From: Selaginella moellendorffii
Taxonomy: Eukaryota; Plantae; Lycopodiophyta
Assembly (NCBI RefSeq): GCF_000143415.4
Contig: NW_003314286.1
Coordinates: forward strand, 1,239,718 to 1,303,717
DNA: 64,000 nucleotides
Direction of reading: 5' to 3'
Shown: positions 12,199 through 25,933 of the stretch, piece after piece
How the letters are laid out: the number at the start of each line of letters is the position of its first letter
Numbering within the stretch: the first letter of the stretch is position 1
Program-made: the position numbers and the translations under genes
The notes under the pieces: generated by a model
Databases searched by the model: none
Seen by the model: the letters and a program-made list of their open reading frames with translations, nothing else
Told to the model about the DNA's origin: nothing

Positions 12199-13949
12199 TG
12201 TAAGCGACTAAATTTTCCATTCTACTTTAGTCACTTAACCACACCTCCGACCATTTGGAGGAGTCTCATTCACAACCTCCATTAGTCCAATTCAGGACTT
12301 GGGACTTGCTAGCCCCAAGAATGGCATCCATGCCACTCAACACTTGCACCTGGTCCAAGTGCTCCACGTGTCCGGTCCGAAGACCGACACCCAAAGGTAC
12401 CACTGACATCTCGGCCCGTTACGCTAAGGCCATGCCCATTCACCTTTGCTGCACTAGTGGTCCAATACCACTTGCATCACCATCCCGTCTCTCCAAGACT
12501 GGGCCATCTGTTCACGAGTGGTCATCCTAGATCCACTCCTTAGCATCCTTAGGATGCCCACAGACCTGGGGAGTCGCCTTCCCCAAAGTCCCTTTGTCAG
12601 TTCCTACCAAGTCCCTTTCTGCCCCTGGCCGTGTTTACCAACACTGCCACTGGATCGAGGCCCACAGGCCCGACCCCTAAGTCCCACGGTCCTCTGGGAC
12701 TTCCTCACCACATGACTGTGTCCTTGGTCACTACCCCAGAGGACTGCTCCTCTTCCTTTCCACAGTCTGGGCCTTTGGGACAACATTTCGGAACACCGTG
12801 GCCTTACGCGAGCCACCTGGGTACTCTCCCCACCTATCGCCTTTAGGTGCTCTAGCCATGGGCTTAGAGCGAGGTTCCGTTGAGCCACGCCTGGTATCCA
12901 AGTAGGTAGTGCCACCCACACTTGGACTGGGAGCATCGGCCAGTCGATCTCCCGGGGGAACTAGAGCCGGCTCTTGAACACTTCACCAAGCTACCCCGCT
13001 TGTCGGTCCGTATTCACTCTAGTCTTGGACTTCCCAGTGGTCAGTTCATCACCCAACACTGGGTCTGGCCTTCCTGGGCCAAACTGGCCTTTCCTGGCCA
13101 AACTGGCTCCACTGCAGTCCTCCCCCTACTATACTTTTGGAGCTCACCAAACCCCCCAGGGTCTGGGAGACGAACGCTTTGGGCTTTCACCCTCTCAGGC
13201 TCCGGACTCGGACTCGGACTCGGACTCGGATTCGGACTCAGACTCGGTCCCGGGCTCGGTCTCGGCCTCGGCCTCGGTCTCGGTCTCGGTCCCGATCTCG
13301 GTCTCGGTCTCGGTCTCGGTCCCGGTCTCGGTCCCAGTCTCGGACTCCATCTCGGACTCCATCTCGGACTCCATCTCGGACTCCATCTCGGGTCCATCTC
13401 GGACTCCATCTCGGACTCTATTTCGGGTCCATCTCGGGTCCACCTCGGACTCCATCTCGGACTCCATCTCGGACTCCATCTCGGGTCCATCTCGGACTCC
13501 ACTTCGGACTCCAACTCGGGTCCATCTCGGGTCCACCTCGGACTCCATCTCGGACTCCACTTCGGACTCCAACTCGGGTCCATCTCGGGTCCACCTCGGA
13601 CTCCACTTCGGACTCCATCTCGGACTCCATCTCGGGTCCATCTCGGACTCCATTTCGGACTCCAACTTGGGTCCATCTCGGACTCCACTTCGGACTCCAA
13701 CTCGAGTCCATCTCGGACACTCCCACGTGTCATGTGTTGGTCCTTTTGGGTCCCTTTTTGGAGCCTCGCCTTTTGCTCGCTTCGTGCTCATTCCTCGAGC
13801 ACTTTGTTGGGAGTTCCACTCCCGCTCTTGACTTTTCAAGTCGGAGCTTTTGGTCCAAACGTGTTACGCTCGTTTGGCTCTCGCTTTGGCCACTACCACG
13901 TGGCACCCTTCCAGCTCCACTTTGGGGCCTAGGGATTTTGTGTCTCACA
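12199..13949 (-). mobile_element. Solo LTR, family A (1751 bp)
   Basis: TG...CA termini, perfect TSD GTTAA (12194-12198 / 13950-13954), hexamer array at ~13200-13717. Confidence 0.95.
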
Positions 13950-14936
13950 GTTAACTCATTGCTCATATTCACATCATGCAATCAAAAGTCCCTAACTTGA
14001 TGCATATTGAAAATGATGGTCTTATAAGTAGTGAGTTATGGGATAGATAGCAATGAAACACTATACCATTTTGTGTAGACTTGCTTTTAGAAGACTTGTG
14101 TTACAATGTTCAATTCTTTTCCGGGAAACCTTGCTATTGCTTCTTGAGTAGCTTGGTGTTATATTAATTTTGAGTTTGGTCGAAAAAAGAGTGGCATGAG
14201 CTTGTCCGTGTTGTGAACAAAAGATATTGTATTGGGTGTTATAAATCCTTATTGGTGGGGTGTGGCATTTATGTTGCATTTTATTGAATCGAGTTAGCAC
14301 TTGATATTCATATAAACCTTTATAGTAGTGACATAGGTGTTGCATGTGGTGTTGCTCAATTGATGATCAAGTCATTGTAATTTTATATCGTATCCATGTG
14401 ATAGTGAGCAATGTGTTTATGAAGTTTCTTGGTTAAACAATGATCAACCTTAAAGTGGTTGATGGTGAAGCTAGTCTACTTGCACATAATAGCATCGAAG
14501 TAGCTTTGACTAAATTTTCAATAGTGATCCATAATATGCTAAGTTAGTACCTTGTTTCTTTGAGGGTTTGCTAATAAGGTGTTGGAAAGGGTTATAACAT
14601 TCATTTGGTATAGCTTGTTGGTTTATCCATTAATACTTGGAGTAGGTTGTTAGATGGAGAAGATGTGTCATTAATGCATTAGTTTTGTTGGCACTTGTGC
14701 TAGTGGAAATGACATTGTTATGTTAAGTGATAAGGAACTTTCCTTATCCATGTCATTTTTTCTTGTTAGTGTTTTGGCTTCACATTGGATCTTGAAGATG
14801 GGTGAAAAAAAATGTTAGTGCAATGTGGATGTCTGAAAATATAGTCTTCATGATCAAGCCTTTCATGTTCATTTTGCATTTTACAGATGTCAGTGTTGAA
14901 TGTTGGAAATATAGGCATGATATTCGAGGCTTAAAC

Positions 14937-16671
14937 TGTAAGCAACTAAATTTTCCATTCTAATTTAGTCACTTAACCACACCTCCAACCACTTGGAGGA
15001 GTCTCATTCACAACCTCCATAAGTCCAATTCAGGACTTGGGGCTTGCTAGCCCCGAGAATGGCATCCATGCCACTCAACATTTGCACTTGGTCCAAGTGC
15101 TCCACATGTCCGATCCCATGACCGACACTCAAAGGTACCACCGACATGGCAGCTTGTCACGCTAAGGCCATCCCAATCACCTTTGCCACACTGGTAGTCC
15201 AATACCACATGCATCCCAGTCTTGGCTCTCCAAGACTAGGCAAACCATCCGTGAGTGGTCATCTTAGATCCACTCCTTAGCATCCTTAGGATGCCCACCG
15301 ACAAGGGGAATAACCTTCCCCAATATCCCTTTGTCAGTCTCCACTAAGTCCCTTTCTGCCCCTGGCCGTGTTTGCCAACACTGCCACTGGATCGAGGCCC
15401 ACAGGCCCGACCACTAAGTCCCATGGTCTTCTGGGACTTCCTCACCATACGACTGTGTCTTTGGTCACTACCCCAGAGGACTGCTCCTCTTCCTTTCCAC
15501 AGTCTGGGCCTTTGGGATAGCACTTCGGAACACCGTGGCCTTACGCGAGCCACCTGGGTACTCTCCCCGCCTTCCGCCTTTAGGTGCTCTATCCATGGGC
15601 TTAGAGTGAGGTTCCGTTGAGCCACGCCTGGTATCCAAGTAGGTAGTGCCACCCACACTTGGACTTGGAGCATCGGCCAGTCGATCTCCCGGGGGAACTA
15701 GAGCCGGCTCTTGAAGACTTCACCAAGTTACCCCGCTTGTCGGTCCGTATTCACTCTAGTCTTGGACTTCCCAGTGGTCAGTTCATCACCCAACACTAGG
15801 TCTAGCCTTCCTGGGCCAAACTGGCCTTTCCTGGCCAAACTGGCTCCATTGCAGTCCTCCCCCTTACTATACTTTTGGAGCTCACCAAACCCCCCAGGGT
15901 CTGGGAGACGAACGCTTTGGGCTTTCACCCTCTCAGACTCGAACTCGGACTCGGACTCAGACTCGGACTCGGGCTCAGTCTCGGCCTCCGCCTCGGTCTC
16001 GGTCTCGGTCCCGATCTTGGTCTCGGTCCCGGTCTCAGCCTCGGTCCCGGTCCCGGTCTCGGTCTCGATCTCGGTCCCGGTCTCGGTCTTGACCTCGGAC
16101 TCCATCTCGGGTCCTTCTCGGACTCCATCTCGGATTCCATCTTGGGTCCATCTCGGGCTCCATCTCGGTCCATCTCGCACTCCATCTCGCACTCCATCTC
16201 AGTCCATCTCGGACTCCATCTCGGACTCCACTTCGGACTCCATTTCAGACTCCACCTCGGACTCCACCTCAGACTCCACCTCAGACTCCATCTCGGACTC
16301 CATCTCGGACTCCACCTCGGACTCCACCTCGGACTCCACTTCGGACTCCACCTCAGACTCCATCTCGGACTCCACCTCGGACTCCACCTCGGACTCCATC
16401 TCGGACTTCGTCTTGGTCTATCTCAGACTCCATCTCGGACACTTCCACGTGTCATGTGTTGGTCCTTTTGGGTCCCTTTTTGGAGCCTCACTTATTGCTC
16501 GCTTCGTGCTTGTTCCTCAAGCACTTTGTTGGGAGTTCCACTCCCGCTCTCGACCTTTCAAGTCGGAGCTTTTAATCCAAATGTGTTACGCTCGTTTGGC
16601 TTTCGCTTCGGCCACTACCACGTGGCACCCTTCCGGCTCCACTTTGGGGCCTAGGGATTTTGTGTCTCACA
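14937..16671 (-). mobile_element. Solo LTR, family A (1735 bp)
   Basis: TG...CA termini, perfect TSD TAAAC (14932-14936 / 16672-16676), hexamer array at ~15933-16440. Confidence 0.95.
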
Positions 16672-19600
16672 TAAACATACTATGGGTCATGAGAATTGAT
16701 GTTGAGATGAACTTATGTGAAGTTATTAGTAGGAGGAAGTTGGTTGAGTCTTGAAAGTTTGCATTCCTGGACTGAGAGTTATTCTTTCTCTAGGATGGAA
16801 AATTTTTCCATAAATTTTTTTAAACTTTTCCAATGGCTAATTTATTGATCATTTTGCTTGAAAACCATTCCATTTTCGAAAGCTAATACAAACTAGTGAA
16901 GGGGTTGGAGTTGACTTCAATGGGCCTAAACCTTAGTATGTAATTTGTATAATGTAGCCAAGGCAATTGAGTTGGATAGAGCCTGGAGTTGGTGCAGAAA
17001 AGTGGCCATTGTGTTTTTCTAAGAAGGGTGACTCTTGTGCCTTTCTTTTATAGCATTATACTTGGTGGCAGGTTGCATCTTGCATTTTATTAGACTTTAT
17101 GAGAGTAGTGACCTCTCACTGATTTTGACTTAGTCTCGGTGGCCCTATGCCTTGGCTAAGGATAGTGATGTCCAACTTAGTTGTTTGTGGATGAAATGTT
17201 GATACCCATATTATAGCTTCGTCTATGAGGAAGTTGTATACCGATATGAGTCCATCTCATGGTTTTCACTTTAATTTTGACTGAGTGTTAATCATGTATA
17301 ACTAGCCTCTTCAAGGCATTCTTAGAGCTATTGGCTAAACACATTAATGAGCTTATTACGGTTGAGTTGGATTCAAGTGGTTATTTAGTTTATGCTTGTT
17401 TATGAACCTTTATCTTGTACCTGAGGTATTACATTCATATTGGACAAGAATAAAACTCAATGGCATGAGTTTAATGTTTGGGTTTTGTGAAGGCAAGTTG
17501 AAGAGTGATTGTTAGTTGCTTTGCGACTAGTGATTACTTGTAGATTTTATCGAAGACTATTTGACACTTACTTCACTAGATGAAGATTTATTAATGATGG
17601 GTTTGTTTTGCCAAATGGTGTTGCGGAGAATTGTGTCGTTAGACTTGCATGATTTTTCTATGTTGGTATATTGACTATACCTCTGTTAATATCATTTGGT
17701 TGCATTTAGTCCATGGTGTTGGATTTTGTTGAGTCTTAGATGTAATGAATTACTCCTTGATGATGTGTTATTTGTAATTAAGTATTGTTGGAGGATTAGT
17801 CTCGGATACTGAGTAAAGTATCTTCAACATTGGTTAGCATGGTTGCTAAAAAGTTTGAGTGGTGATTCACTCTTGCTTTATGCTAGCTTTGTTCTAGTGT
17901 AGATGGTATTTAAGTAATGTCTTGTCGTTGACATTGTTGATATTGAGATTCAAGTGAAATGAGATGTCTCTCTGTAGGATTGATATTAATTTTCATTAGT
18001 CTCAATAGAGATAGTGTTGATGATTTAGTTGTAGTTTTGTGTTATTGACATTCATGCATTTGCTAGTTAAGCAACTATATTGATGTTCGAACAAATTAAG
18101 TGGCAAGTTTGAGTTAGTTATGTTTTAGATGAGATTGTTTAGTAGGGGTTGAGCTTTGAGCTTTTCCTTGAAAAGTGATTTAGTTATGGACGATGCTAAT
18201 TATACGAGAGAAAGAGTTAATGTTTGATATTGGAATATTTGAGTCCTTTTTGGATTAAAGTTAGGAATATATCTATCATTAATGATTCTTCTTGTGCTTG
18301 TTGTGAAGTGAGTTATGTCTTGCTATAAAAGATGGATTTATAGAGGATCGTTTGATGATCACTTGTTAAGCATAACTCCATTGTGTTTGGCTTTTAAATT
18401 GATGTAGATATGCTCTTCATTAGCTTTAACATTATGAAGTTTGGCTTATAGATATGTTAAGGAGGATATTATGGGTTGTACCATGATTTCTTCTTTAGTA
18501 TTGAAGTTAGTTCATGCAAAACTCGTAATCATTATTAGGCAAGGTTGGCTATAAACTTCTTTAAACTTTTGGTTCTTTAAGTTTTTTTGCTCACTGTTTC
18601 ATTTATTAGGAGTTGTTGGGAAAGGCATTTTGGCTTATTAGTTTTAATGTTGAATTTAACTTTTGCATCTAGTAATCACTGGTGATGATTGACTATCATC
18701 TTGAGATAGTTGATTATCCTTATCAAAGGTTTGCTCGATTATTGTTGATATAGAATGATTTGCTATTCTTCGGGATGGTAGATTCTTTCTTCGATGATGA
18801 TTATGCATCTCTTCATTAATAGGATGATTGATGATCTTTCATGATAGTTAGTTATTCTTTTTTATAGCTTATGACTTTTTACAATACCACATGTTTTTTG
18901 TGGTTTGCTTTGGATTGATTTATTGAGTTTGAGACATCTATATGTTGCTGACATTTGCTTAAGCAATTCTGGTTCCTTGGTGTTGTTGACTAGGATATAT
19001 TGAAATTAGGTAGTGTAATAATTAGCATGCACGAGTGTTTGTTGATCTTACTGCATTCATTCTATTTTGTTGATTGTTACTCTAGTTACATTTGATACAT
19101 TCAAATGTTATTTCCTTCAGATGATACATTCGCAAATATTGTGCTTGCTAGTTAATGATACTTTATATACTTTGAGTTATCTTTCATAAGTTGTTTAGCA
19201 TCCTATCTACAATCTTTAGTAGGTAGTTAAGCTTTATTATTGAGTTTTCTCAATGATACACTTGCTAATAAATTTTGTTGGACAATGAATCCTATGTTTT
19301 CCAATTATGATAATATTGGTGGATCCTATATACTATAATTCTGGTTTATCGAATGATAACTTACTTAAAATACTTTTATATTTTAGTATACGATTTAATC
19401 ACTGATAATTAAGTCTCTAAGATATTATTGTTTATGACTTTGATATTGTCCATCTATTGATCTTTGAGTTTGGGTTAGTATAGGCAAACTGGCTTCAGCA
19501 CTTCGTATGCATGGTGAAATCTCTAGTTATGGGGTAGCTACTGTAGACTGGTCATATCACCTGCTTCTCTGTCGATGTTCCTTATTCCATTCAAAGGGCA

Positions 19601-20639
19601 TGACTGTGTAAACAACTCTAACTTTCTGTTTACAATAGTTTATCTAAACATTACTAACGAGTTTGGTTTCTTTTCTCATGAGGGTTGGGGCCTTTAGCTT
19701 CTCTCTCTATGTCCCTACAGGCAGGGGCGTATCACACTTTTGTAAGCTGGGTGACATTTAGAGTAGCAAAGGTGGCTAACTCTGTTGGTCATTTCCTTGT
19801 TGATAACAGTTGGAAGGTGTCTGAGCTGGTAGCACATTTGCATTACATAAAGAGGTTACCCTAACTCATTTAAGTTGGTGCATTTCTCACATAATGTGAT
19901 CACCATGAACTTTTTCTAGAGTTGTTTCCTTGCTGGTGGTCTAGACTCGAGTATGCATGGACGAGGATATTAATCTTCTCTAAGGGGGGGAGAATGTCGC
20001 AAATGTGAATTTAGGTATCGAAAGTTACTTGTCAACTAGTCCTTTTGGATATTCTTTCCTTACTGCTACAACGGCAAAAGGTCAGTATTGCTGGATCCTT
20101 TATCAGTCTCTATCTAAGCTAGTTGAGAAACTAGTTTTCACGTATGCACTTGACTAGATGAGCATAAGGACAGAATTCCTAAGTGCTATTAGTCAAGTAT
20201 ACTTGACTTGGTTAGAGAAACTCATTTGTTGACTTGCACTTGCTAGTATTGGGAACCCCTGTGATATTGAACTTGGTCCCTCAATATTCACTAAATGATA
20301 GCTTACTGTGTCTGCCAAACACTCTCGCTATCATGCCCTTTATATTAGTCTTAATTCGGTCCCAAATGCTATTTATAGAAAGTGTCTAGATTCGCTCATT
20401 TGGCATATCTATAGAATGTAGAGATTGTCTTAAACACAATAGTGTTCATTTCGTGTCTAAATTCACAATCTAGAAACATTCCATATTTAGTAAGTTTTAA
20501 GCTTGTTCCAGAGACTAACTCTTGGTACTAAAGGAGGCTTGGGGTGAAAACTCAAAGCATGTGTTCCTCAAGGATGGGGGGGGGTGGGGGGGGGGGGATT
20601 ATAAGGGGTTCTAAATGTATAGTAGGGATAGTGGGTTCC

Positions 20640-22756
20640 CTTAGGTGTCTTTCCTATTTGGTCATCTTGACTAAATCACACAATTACCAATAGTTCAAAT
20701 CAACGCTTTGAAATAGGACTTTATTCCTTAACCTCACATGAATTTTGTCCTTGTTTAGCTATAATATCACTTAGTGATAAATGTAACATTACCAATAGAT
20801 ACTAAGTTTGCCAAGCCCTTAAGTTATTGACCATGACCTTGGGGGCATCCCTCACACTTGGTGGTGTGCCCAAGCCAACCCTTCCAGCCAAGGGTCCATA
20901 ACAACTGAGATTGATGTCTCTATCCCATTCACCACGTCTTTGGTGCCACTTGCATCAAAATGTTCAAGTTAAATATACCAAACTTTCACACTAAGCAATT
21001 TAATTGCATATCACAACTCTAGGGCATCCCCATCTTGGCAATGTGCCCAAACCAGCCTCCTTACTAAGAGTCTATGATCACCAAAAAATGAGTGTCCTCA
21101 TATTCTAAACCATCACTATGCTTTAGTGAGTTTAGGACCTAAACACTATAGGTTTGTGAACCCAACCTCCACATATGCATCTACGAATAGCATCACCCAA
21201 GATGCTTAGCATGACTCCCCACACCAGTGCACTAACTTATACATAAAGCACGCTATGGATCATAGGTTAGGAATTTAGTTCCTTTATGTTTTCAAATCCT
21301 CTCACTTGACAAGCTTGTTAATCAGCCTATGATCATACATGGACTCCTCCATGTTGGCCCCATAAGCCACCCCTTTTGAAGTCAACACCTTCAAATATGG
21401 TTTTTATTCTTTTGACTTGTTAATCCCACTTAGCAAGTCTTCTAACCAATATAACATAGTTTTTTGCATAAGCATGAAAGTCCTTAAACATTAACTTTTA
21501 TTCAAAATCATCCTTTTGAATACTTGGGAACCATTTCCCCAACTTTGATAGCTTTGCTTTATGGCAAGTTTCAAGACCACACTTTTGCTACACTACTTTA
21601 ATTTTGTGCATTTTTATAAACCATTTGTATTCGGCTTTCTAGATACTAACATACCCAAAATTGTTCCTGGGAACATTATAGAGACTTTCTCCCTTAACTT
21701 GCTAAAGTTTCTTCTTTCACAAGCTTCTTAATTGCCATATGATTTAACATGGGCAAGTCTATATTTTAGACTTACTATGGCACACAGTTGGCCGTAACAA
21801 CACCTTCGAGCACCGATTTGATTCTCCACTCCTAATTTATATAACTAATCTTAGCTATGCTTTTCAATTTTTATGGTTTGGTTCTATCTTTTTACCACTT
21901 GCTTTCATCCTTACACGTTCCCTTTGGTTATTCTTCTCTAAATTAAAAAGATAACTTTGCATTTTCTACCATGCTTTAGTAAGTATTCTCAAAGATGAAC
22001 CTACTCAATAGCTTATGGAGTGGTTCCTCAATATAGGTATGCTCACCTTGTAATCCCACACACTGAGTTCACTCTAACCTTGAATTCTTCAATGTCACCC
22101 ACCACATGGGTGTAACCTTTTTTTGGCCTTTCCTGGCCAAATTAATTCCACTAGAGTTCTACTTTTGGAATTCCCTCCCTCTAAGGATGATTGTTTTGGG
22201 CTTTCACCCCATAACTTGTATTAGTATTTAGACTCAATCTTAGACTTAGTCTCGATCTCAGTCTTGGTCTTAATCTCAATCTCAATCTTAGTCTCAGACT
22301 CCATTTCAAACCCAGTCTCGGTCTCCATCTCGGACCCGGTCTTAGTCTCTATCTAAACTCCATCTAGGATCCATCTCAAATCTATCTCAAACTTCATCTT
22401 AAACTCTATTTTAGATTGTATTTCAAACTCCATCTCAATCTTTATTTCAAACTTGTTCTTGGACTCCATCTTTGTCTCCATCTTAAACTCCATCTCGGAC
22501 TCTTTCTTGGACTCCATTTTGGACTCCTTCTTGGATTCCATTTATGACACTTGCCATGTGTTAGTCTTTCATTTGTCCCTTTCTAGAAACTCATTCTTTG
22601 TGCTCATTCCTTAAGCACTTCATTGGGAATTCCACTTTCACTTTCGATTTTATAAATTGAAGCTTTTGGTCTAAACATGTTATGTTTATTCATTTTGACT
22701 ATTGCCTATAACACACTTTTGGCTCCAGTTTGGGGTCTAGGGATTTGTGTCTCACA
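20640..22756 (-). mobile_element. Old, internally deleted gypsy relic: LTR-A-like 5' end at 22756 plus decayed internal and 3' region
   Basis: Ends GGATTTGTGTCTCACA like LTR A. Degenerate hexamer array at 22230-22540. Segment 20640-21400 is colinear with 7600-9200. Confidence 0.7.
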
Positions 22757-23862
22757 CTTCACTCTTCCGGACAAGTCACTTGGTTCATGGTATTTTGGAT
22801 GGGGCTACATAAGTATGACTGTGAAACTTATTGCCTTCTGGAGCTTCCTCATTGCTTGTAGTAGGTGGCCAGCATGCTTGCTTTATCCACTCCCAATCCT
22901 GCATTGAGTTGGCAATCTCGTGTTGAGTTGGCAATGCTTATCCTCATGTGTATTGTTGACTTGCTAGCACATCACTAGGTCTACTAAGATATATCTAGGA
23001 TATGCTGGAGGATATCAAATTCCAATTCATCCATCAAGAGTTGCAAGTTTTTTCCCATACACAATTCTCATCCTAGAGAGTAGGATTAAGTGGCATAGAG
23101 GCAAACCATTACTTACACTAAGTCCTACCACCATCGCCTTAGGGAAAAACTTGTTTACCAAGCAGTTGCCCTCTCCCACAAGCGGCAAGATGGATGGTGG
23201 AAGGAATTCCAAACCTAAACAACTCAACTTGGATCAATAATTGTTGATCCCACTGATGACTTCTCCACTTAGATAGCTCACGCACTACAACACTGGTTGT
23301 AAAGGAGGACAATTGCCATGCCAAAATATAACATTTACCAGCAATAGTGAACCCCTGGGACTCGTCACTATATGTGGAGCACATTGGCTATTTTGAGGTG
23401 CCAACGAGTCAATGGCTATGTACACAATGTACTCAAACACCAACAGCATTATGGGTGATTCATTTTTGTATTAGTCCCTAAGGGACACAGAGTAATGTAC
23501 ATATATGTTGCATCAAACACCAAATGGAGGATGTCTTCCATGTACTCAGCCAGCAGCTGCAAAGAGTGGCCTACTACCTTAATAAAATGGAGTGATCAAA
23601 AAGAAAACCAAGATGAAGGATCAATGAAAAATCTTGGAATGTGTGAGGTAGGTTACGCCTTATCTCCTCAGTCCGCCAGAAGTGAACTGCTTATTATCTT
23701 GTTCCCGTCAAATTCTTGCTCCCCTAGTTGAATCAAGAATATGCTAGTCGATTAAGAATATTCGATTGTTTCTGACAAATTATAGTTGGTAATTAAAATC
23801 TTTCATCGTCCCCGTGTGGTTTCGCTGCCGGCCTTGCAGTGTAAATGCGACCTCGCTCCCTC

Positions 23863-23903
23863 TTTATATATCCAATAGCTACGCGACGCCATAGCTAGGG
23901 TTT
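23863..23903 (+). promoter_or_regulatory. TATA box and telo-box upstream of the BTB gene
   Basis: TTTATATA at 23863-23870 and TAGGGTTT at 23896-23903. Confidence 0.45.
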
Positions 23904-24025
23904 GGCCAAGCTTCTTGTCCGAGAGAGAAAGTAGATATTCCTGCTCTCAGGGTTTGATCGATCTTCGTCGGTGCCTTCCATGCGCTCCTAGGTAGGGTTT
24001 TGAGGCGCTGCGAAGAAATCCCGGC

Positions 24026-25933
24026 ATGGAGGTAGCGCCGTCGCCGCGGCATCCGCCCAAGCGCGGCTCGAAATTGTCGTCCGCCAAGCGCCGCGCGGAG
24101 ACGGTGGATACGGAGGGAATGTGGTGCTGCATTGTCCGGCGGCCGGCAGCGGCGATGGTGCGCGCGAGCGGAGAGGAGGAGTGGCGCCGGGGGGGCTCAT
24201 CCGTAGCGGCGGCGCGGCACGACGAGGAGAATGCCACCACCGGCGGCAATGCGGGCTCGGCCAAGAACTCCAAGGAATTCGTGCTCAGGCCCAAGGAGCT
24301 GGAGGCGCTCATTAAGCAAGGCACGGGAATCGTGGTGGAGCGCACCAGCAAGGGCTCGCCCTTCCGGCTTCGTCTCTCGCCAGGAAGAGTGTCGCCCATC
24401 TCCGAGACTGCCATCGTCCCCGTGACGGCTTCTTCTTCCCCGGCTCTTGGCAAGTCCTCCAGCGGGAAGATGCTCATGCCCGCCTCTCCGCCCGTGGACA
24501 AGGCGAGAGCGTCGCCAACACTCATGGAGATGATGGCGCTCGAGCAAGACATCCACAGTTCCAAGCAGTCCGTGATGCTCTCCTTGCCCAGGCCGCCGTC
24601 CGTCCAGGAGAAAGTGGACGCGATTCTCCTCCTCCGGAGCCCTGGCAACCAGTTCAACGATCCATCCTCGAGCGATGTCAAGCTCACCATCACGGGCAGG
24701 GATGGTTTCAGCGTCTCGATCAATGTCCACAGGCACATCCTCACTGCCCAGAGCCGCTTCTTCGCGGCAAAGTTCTCGGATTGGTGGTCCAAGCAGCACA
24801 GGATGCCGCTCAATGCCGTGGAGATCTCCGACTGCGAGGACGTGGACTTGTATCTCCAGACCATCCGGCTCATGTACTGCCGGGATTTGAGGCGGAGCTT
24901 GATCAAGGAGAGTGTCACCCGAGTTCTTGGGATTCTAAAGGTGAAAATTTTCTTCCGTTTTTTTTTTCTCTGTTCTTAACTGGTGTCTTTCTCTCAGGTG
25001 TCTGCGGCAATTCTCTTCGAAGCTGGCGTGGTTTCGTGCCTCGAGTACCTGGAAGCCATGCCGTGGCCAGAGGACGAGGAAGAGAGAGTTACATCGCTCG
25101 TCTCTCAGCTCCAACTGGACAGCGTCGCGTCAATGGAGGTACTCAAGAGGCTGAGCAGCATAGAAATGGTGGAGACGGAAAGCATCGTTGCCAGGCTCTT
25201 GCAGTCAGTGATTCAGGGAACCGACGAGAAGGCCCGGCGTGAGACAAAGACTCTCGTCTCCAGGATGCTTCGCGAGAATCCTTCCGTAGCCAAGGACTCG
25301 TGGGACTCTTGCCGGGGTTGCATATATCGGGCTTGCGAGAGTTGCCTCGAGGCTCTAAGTCGGCTCTTCACACAGGTGATCGAGAGCTCCAATGCGGCCG
25401 GCTATGAAAAGGAAGGAACACTCGGCGCACAGATATCTCGTCAGGCTGATAATCTCAACTGGATGGTGGATATCTTGATCGATCGGGAGATAGCAGATAC
25501 TTTTGTCAAGATCTGGGCTTCTCAAGCGGAGCTCGCCAGCTTATACTCTCGGATTCCAAGCGTCTACAGATACGATGTGAGCCGGATCACTGCTCGGTTG
25601 TGCATGGCCATCGGCAAAGGCCAAGTTTTGGTGCCACAGGACGTGAGGTTTTTGCTGCTCCAGACGTGGTTCCAGCCGCTGGTGGATGACTTTGGATGGC
25701 TGCAAAGGTGTTGCAAGAGCCTGGACAAGAAGTCCGTAGAGGAGGGGATAAGCCAAACGATCCTTACGCTCCCGCTCAAGCAGCAGCAGTTCATCCTCCT
25801 CGGCTGGTTCGACTGTTTCTCGAGGAGCGCTGGTGACTGTCCGAACCTCAACAGAGCTTTCGAGGTGTGGTGGAGGAGGACTTTCGTGAGGCCATTGCTG
25901 GAGACGAGCTGCGTTCACCAGCTTACGAACTAG
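24026..25933 (+). CDS. BTB/POZ domain protein (At1g63850/At5g60050-like), 2 exons
   Basis: BTB motif FNDPSSSDVKLTI...VHRHIL.AQSRFFA. GT-AG intron 24941-24997 joins the two ORFs in frame. C-terminal ILTLPL..QQ.I...WF...GDCPNLNRAFEVWWRRTF is typical of the family. Confidence 0.9.

Larger units (their letters stand above)
11060..20500 (+). mobile_element. Very old, heavily mutated Ty3/gypsy-like element interrupted by two solo LTRs
   Basis: No ORFs and T-rich. Faint RT/RNase H-like remnants at ~17.3-18.2 kb. PPT AAGGGGGGGAGAA (19982-19994) is followed by TG at 19995. Boundaries are approximate. Confidence 0.5.

Noticed and set aside
13200-13717. CRISPR-like appearance of the repeat arrays
   Set aside because: No unique spacers, no cas genes, and a eukaryotic LTR context.
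12922-14000. Long ORFs (200-350 aa) of SDS/ESE/LGL/RSR repeats here and at 1767-2119, 3166-4028, 10407-10694 and 15711-16754
   Set aside because: They are translations of the stop-poor hexamer satellite inside LTRs, open in several frames on both strands, and are not genes.
22760-23750. Possible decayed gene between the TE block and the gene island
   Set aside because: Only short broken frames; no motif I can support.
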